Shown here piece by piece: positions 34,479 through 38,723 of a stretch of 38,723 nt of DNA; the stretch's first letter is position 1, and every line of letters begins with the position of its first letter. The DNA lies in NCBI GenBank assembly GCA_046760225.1, contig JBHIDR010000004.1:1-38723 (forward strand), in the 5' to 3' direction. The position numbers were made by a program, and so were the translations under genes. The notes under the pieces were generated by a model. That model was not told the origin of the DNA. It worked only from the letters and a program-made list of their open reading frames with translations, and did not search any database. This DNA is from Candidatus Aenigmatarchaeota archaeon. GTDB taxonomy: Archaea > Aenigmatarchaeota > Aenigmatarchaeia > Aenigmatarchaeales > JACQIB01.

Positions 34479-34646
34479 TCAAACAACAACCCATGACTTG
34501 TTGAGCTTCCTGTTTCTGTTCCTTTTCCTGTTGTTGTGGCATCTCCTGCAAATATGGACTTTTTTGCCCTTTAGTGGCCGGCTCACAAACCCAATGTTCT
34601 TCTCTGTGAGCATGTTTTTACAGATATCGCATTTAATTGGTACCAC
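34479..34646 (-). CDS. 55-aa basic zinc-finger protein (not in ORF track)
   Basis: GTG start; MVPIKCDICKNMLTEKNIGFVSRPLKGKKVHICRRCHNNRKRNRNRKLNKSWVVV*; two CxxC pairs. Confidence 0.6.
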   Translation of the reverse strand: MVPIKCDICKNMLTEKNIGFVSRPLKGKKVHICRRCHNNRKRNRNRKLNKSWVVV

Positions 34647-34840
34647 CAGCCGTTTACACTATGTGCGTAGTGAAATATAAAGACATGCCCGAATCGGCAA
34701 CAAACAAAGTCAAAATCGTCAGAAAGCGAACAAAATGGCTCCTTTGTCTCTTTCTTGCTATATACAATTATTTTTCTGAACATGGAAAACAACGCCTATT
34801 TAAAGTTTTCTGCGCACCTTATTATTAGGGGTTAACTACT

Positions 34841-35434
34841 ATGCCCAGGTCTATTGGCAGGAGCAGGTTCGAGCACTATGGAAAGCCCACAAGGGAGAGG
34901 AACCTTGCTTTTGCCCTGAAGTTCATGCGCAGGACAGCATCTGCCTTAGGCCTGACCAGGCTCTGCCTTTACAGGTCAATTGAGATCTGCAAGAAAGCCA
35001 GCTCCATGGGGATTGTGAAGGGAAGGAAGATAGAGAAAGTATGCTGCGCATGCCTTTACTATTCCTGCAAGGAGCTCGGGATTCCGTGCTCAATCCATGA
35101 GATAGCAGGTATTGTGGGTGTTGACCCGAGGGAAGCGATGCGCTCCTATGTGTCGCTCTCCAGGAAGCTGGGGCTCAGGATAAGGCCAAGTGATGCAAGG
35201 ACAATGATCCCGAGGTTCTGCTCTGTGCTGAAGCTCCCTGCAAGCATGGAGACAAAGGCACTGGAGATGATAAGGAATACAGACGGCATGTACTGCGGGC
35301 CAAGAACACTTGCTGCAGCAGCAATCTACCTTGCTTCAGACAAGAAGCAGAAGGAGATAGCAAAGGTGCTTGCTGTTTCTGAGGTGAGCCTGCGCAGCAC
35401 AGCCAAAAAGCTCAAATGCTTTGCTGGTGAATGA
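34841..35434 (+). CDS. TFB/TFIIB-like protein with cyclin repeats only
   Basis: ERNLAFAL, KGRKIEKVCCACLYYSC..GIP.SIHEIA, IPRFCSVLKL, P..LAAAAIYLA, QKEIAKVLAVSEVSLR; no Zn ribbon. Confidence 0.8.
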   Translation: MPRSIGRSRFEHYGKPTRERNLAFALKFMRRTASALGLTRLCLYRSIEICKKASSMGIVKGRKIEKVCCACLYYSCKELGIPCSIHEIAGIVGVDPREAMRSYVSLSRKLGLRIRPSDARTMIPRFCSVLKLPASMETKALEMIRNTDGMYCGPRTLAAAAIYLASDKKQKEIAKVLAVSEVSLRSTAKKLKCFAGE

Positions 35435-36090
35435 TTGTTTATGCCAAGAGAGACCTACAGCAGGAAGCAGCTCATAGAAAAGCTGAAAAAAAGGCAGAGG
35501 AGCTTGGCAGGACACCGACCTACAGGGAGATAAGGAAGGACAGTTCCATGCCACATCCAGAAACCTATAGGAATGCCTTTGGCTCCTACAACAAGGCCAT
35601 GGAAGAAGCTGGCCTGGAGCCAAACATAAGGTTCAGCAGGCCCCCAACAGTGCACACAAGGGAAGAGCTTATTGGCTTTCTAAAAGAAAAGGCAGACAAG
35701 CTGGGAAGAGCGCCCACAAGAAATGAAGTAAGGGATGACAAGTCCATGCCAGATCCAAAAACATATTATTACAAGTTCGGTGGACATGCCAAGGCACTGG
35801 CAGCAGCTGGACTAAAGCCAAACAGAGCTTCTGGAAAATATACAAGGGACGAACTCATAAAAGCCCTCCGGAAAAAGGCCAAGGACATGGGAAAGACACC
35901 AACAATAAAGGACATGAACACAGACAAGGACATGCCGTCTGCAACTACCTATAGCAGTTGGTTCGGCTCCTATACTGAGGCACTGGAGGCTGCTGGTCTT
36001 AGGCCCAGAAAGAAGAATAAGGAGAAAGATCCGTTCTTGAAAATGGCTTCTTCAGAGGAGTATGGAGACTACTACAGCTACCTAGATTGA
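35431..36090 (+). CDS. homing-endonuclease-associated repeat protein (3 repeats, no nuclease domain); probable frameshift near 5' end
   Basis: Three ~62-aa repeats (L/M)G.(T/A)PT......SMP...TY...FG....A..AAGL.P; the start of repeat 1 is in the frame opened by ATG 35441. Confidence 0.75.
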   Translation: MIVYAKRDLQQEAAHRKAEKKAEELGRTPTYREIRKDSSMPHPETYRNAFGSYNKAMEEAGLEPNIRFSRPPTVHTREELIGFLKEKADKLGRAPTRNEVRDDKSMPDPKTYYYKFGGHAKALAAAGLKPNRASGKYTRDELIKALRKKAKDMGKTPTIKDMNTDKDMPSATTYSSWFGSYTEALEAAGLRPRKKNKEKDPFLKMASSEEYGDYYSYLD

Positions 36091-36169
36091 TTTCTACTGT
36101 GTTCCGGTGAATAAGGTAAAAAACATAATTTTATATATTACTTTTTAGTAATTAATTTATAGTGATTAG

Positions 36170-36460
36170 ATGTCTGAGCAGTACCAGGAACAGAAGCAGA
36201 AAAGAAAGCAAAAGAAGAAAGAGGAAAAGCTGGAGTTCGAGATAGGCAAGGTATTCGGCCCTGAGGCTGCTAAAGAAGAGGACTTTGCTCTTGATCTTGA
36301 CATGGCAAGGTACCAGGCACAGAAAGGGCAGGGCGGAGACAGAGGAAGCGGAGATGGTCCAGAAGGATATACTGCCCAAAGAGTAATAGATTCTTCTACA
36401 AGAGAAGTATACGAGGATATAATTAAGCCCCTGTTGGGCAGGGGAAGAAACGGTCCTTAA
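36170..36460 (+). CDS. hypothetical protein
   Basis: 96-aa ORF with GTGA SD and upstream TTTATA. Confidence 0.55.
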   Translation: MSEQYQEQKQKRKQKKKEEKLEFEIGKVFGPEAAKEEDFALDLDMARYQAQKGQGGDRGSGDGPEGYTAQRVIDSSTREVYEDIIKPLLGRGRNGP

Positions 36461-36513
36461 ATTTACCACTTAATTAGGGTAAAGGTTAAATCTCTTTCTG
36501 TCCTATATACTGT

Positions 36514-37623
36514 ATGGCCAATAGAGACAAGTATAAAGTCAGCAGGCGCGACAGGCTGAAGAGAGAGCGCAAAAGCGCGGAGAAGAGGCTTGCCAAGGAC
36601 GAGAAGGAGCTGGCAAGGCTGAAAGGCAAAAAGAAGGCACTCAAGAGAAAGATGAAGGGTCTCACGGACAGAAAAAGGAAACTTGTATGCCAGAGCGCAG
36701 AAGAGGTGTTCAGGGTCATGCTGACCAGCGACGAGGTCGAGGGCTCTTTCCATAAGGATATAATGACGCTGCTTGACATGCAACTGACAATACCCAGGAA
36801 AGACTTCTACAACCTAGTGTATGACATGATAGGGGTGCATATTTACCGCTCATTGGTTCCATTGTGCACCAAAGAAGAGGAAACAGAGGTATGGGGAGGA
36901 TATGATGAATGCGTGGAACGTGCATATGACTCATGCTTATGCAGGCTCCCGGCACTCAAAATTGCACTGCAAGGCCTGATCGAGGACAAGGACGAGATAG
37001 AGGAGCACTACCTGAAATGGAAGGGCGACAAAAAGGGCCTGAAGAAAAGGCAGACCATGAAGAACAAGATTAACAACTACATGGAAGAAATCAGGGAAAG
37101 GTTCAATGAAATAAGGGAAGTGAAGAAGAAAATAAGGGGTTATGGGTCTGAGATAAAGAAAATAAAGAGCAGGCCATCCTACAGGGAAGAGTTCGAGAAG
37201 GACTATGAGCTTGCTGACAAGCTGTTCGATTATATCCGCAGAAACTACTGGAATAACGAGCTCGGGTTCAGGTATGGAAATTCGTGCGTGGAAGACGACC
37301 TGAGGGAGCTCAGGAACAGGATGCTTGTTTTTTGCGATAAATTAGGGATCACTCCAGGGGAATTCTTTGATGAGTTCTATAGCGGGCCTATGGGCAGCAG
37401 GGCCATAATGAACGTGCTGGGAAGGCTGTCTGAGTATGGTTCCGGCTATACCAGCCACCGGAGAATCGTAAAACTGGGAGAGGATGTCGAGAAAGAAAAG
37501 GGGAAGATGACGGACATACAGTACCAGATAGACGACATGAACTTCAAGGTCGACAACATGTACAGAAAGCTGAACCTCATATCCGGACCCCAACTGAAAT
37601 TAGTAGCGGATAAGCGCAAATGA
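36514..37623 (+). CDS. hypothetical coiled-coil protein
   Basis: 369-aa charged helical ORF. Confidence 0.7.
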   Translation: MANRDKYKVSRRDRLKRERKSAEKRLAKDEKELARLKGKKKALKRKMKGLTDRKRKLVCQSAEEVFRVMLTSDEVEGSFHKDIMTLLDMQLTIPRKDFYNLVYDMIGVHIYRSLVPLCTKEEETEVWGGYDECVERAYDSCLCRLPALKIALQGLIEDKDEIEEHYLKWKGDKKGLKKRQTMKNKINNYMEEIRERFNEIREVKKKIRGYGSEIKKIKSRPSYREEFEKDYELADKLFDYIRRNYWNNELGFRYGNSCVEDDLRELRNRMLVFCDKLGITPGEFFDEFYSGPMGSRAIMNVLGRLSEYGSGYTSHRRIVKLGEDVEKEKGKMTDIQYQIDDMNFKVDNMYRKLNLISGPQLKLVADKRK

Positions 37624-37625
37624 TG

Positions 37626-37949
37626 TTATGCGCACGCGAGGTCTGTGCACAGCGCTATGCTGTTCCTTTCTGCAATTTCTTCTAGCCTTTTTTTCAGGCT
37701 GTTGTATTCTTGGAGAACATGCTTGCTTCTTTGCTTTACCTGCTCGTCCTCTGTTTCCTTGGAAGCCTCAATAACCTTCCTTCCCAGAAGATAGGCCTCT
37801 TTCTGGAACCCCTCGAGCATCTCCTTCAGGTCGTTCCGCGGCATGATCTTTCCCAGTGCCTCTATCTGTTCGAACACAATGTACATGTTCTCGTTTAGTG
37901 TCTCGAGCAGGTCGAGCCTGTCCAGCGCTTCCTCCTTGCTGTATTCCAT
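37626..37949 (-). CDS. hypothetical helical protein
   Basis: ORF from ATG 37949 (MEYSKEE...). Confidence 0.6.
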   Translation of the reverse strand: MEYSKEEALDRLDLLETLNENMYIVFEQIEALGKIMPRNDLKEMLEGFQKEAYLLGRKVIEASKETEDEQVKQRSKHVLQEYNSLKKRLEEIAERNSIALCTDLACA

Positions 37950-37989
37950 TGTCAACACTGTTCTTTAGGAAAGAAAAGGATTTAAACCC

Positions 37990-38454
37990 TTACCTGTTCT
38001 CAAGAAGGAACTTTATTATTGATTCCTTTGGGACATCTTTCCATGGGATCCTGCCCTCTTCCATTAGGTATGACCAGTGCAGGCCATTGAAGTCCCTGAA
38101 ATAGTACAGGGCCTTGCTGTTCTGCTGCAGCTTCCTTATGAAGCTCTCGAGCGCCTTCTGCCTTTGTTTTGGCCACCTTTCCATTCCATAGAGGGGTGTC
38201 ACAAGTATTATGCCAATCTCGTTATGCCCTACCACCTCCCATTCCCTTATCTTCTGCTGCTCGGGTATTTTCCCTATGTAGAACAGCCCGAGGAACTTCT
38301 TGCGCTTTGTTGGGTGCCATCCTCCTGGCCATCCCCATTTCTCGAACCTGGACTGCAGCTCCCTGATTTGCAGGCCATGCTCCCTGGCCCATTCAGAAAT
38401 CTTGTCAAAACCGACTTTTGGCTTTACCAGTTTCAGCCCTGGATAGTCTCCCAT
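37990..38454 (-). CDS. hypothetical protein
   Basis: 154-aa Trp-rich ORF following an AT-rich gap. Confidence 0.65.
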   Translation of the reverse strand: MGDYPGLKLVKPKVGFDKISEWAREHGLQIRELQSRFEKWGWPGGWHPTKRKKFLGLFYIGKIPEQQKIREWEVVGHNEIGIILVTPLYGMERWPKQRQKALESFIRKLQQNSKALYYFRDFNGLHWSYLMEEGRIPWKDVPKESIIKFLLENR

Positions 38455-38488
38455 AAGAATAATATGTTATTCAACTTTATACGCTTTT

Positions 38489-38722
38489 CTAGCTCAGGAA
38501 GCTGCGTGCAAACCTTATTCCCTGCTTGTAGAGCTCGAGTGCAAGTTCGAACTTGCCCTGCTTTATTGCCCTTACTGCAGGCGCTATGTATCTTGTTCTC
38601 ATTGTCCTGTATATCTGCTTCCTGTTGGGAAGAAGTGAGATCGAGTGCACTATGGCAGGCGCCCTTGCATAGTATTCCTTTACCATCTCTATTCTTTCAG
38701 GGGATGACATCATGTAGGTGTC
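38489..38722 (-). CDS. C-terminus of a CFI-box-CTERM-like domain protein, partial
   Basis: Frame open to window end: DTYMMSSPERIEMVKEYYARAPAIVHSI...IY..MR..YIAPAVRAI..G.FE.A.ELY, matching the RD.yl...YY..AP.IV pattern. Confidence 0.55.
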   Translation of the reverse strand, partial: DTYMMSSPERIEMVKEYYARAPAIVHSISLLPNRKQIYRTMRTRYIAPAVRAIKQGKFELALELYKQGIRFARSFLS

Positions 38723-38723
38723 C

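Noticed and set aside
32400..34840. CRISPR array near csa1
   Set aside because: No regularly spaced direct repeats seen here or elsewhere in the window.

Overview
Gene-dense archaeal chromosomal window, most consistent with a DPANN-type archaeon (possibly Aenigmarchaeota-like; taxonomy is inference). Recognisable genes: S-layer protein (partial), AmmeMemoRadiSam radical SAM enzyme, LAGLIDADG endonuclease, HerA/DUF87 ATPase, SAM decarboxylase, pelota, EndoQ-like PHP nuclease, MPG glycosylase, COG1395-type HTH regulator, two ACT proteins, thermosome, NMD3, PRPP synthetase, aIF-1A, a solo Csa1/Cas4, ZIP transporter, SWIB protein, a cyclin-only TFB, and an operon of paralogous surface lipoproteins. 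The standout signal is in the tRNA genes. All six that I could reconstruct by hand are intron-split (13 bulge-helix-bulge introns, most at non-canonical positions). They include a minus-strand tRNA-Ile with the rare UAU anticodon broken by five introns (8/9, 19/20, 29/30, 37/38, 45/46), and a three-intron tRNA-Thr(CGU) lying entirely inside the LAGLIDADG reading frame, where splicing of its first intron creates an in-frame stop codon. No CRISPR array, rRNA, integrase or transposase was seen. Protein calls come from motif recognition only; no searches were run.
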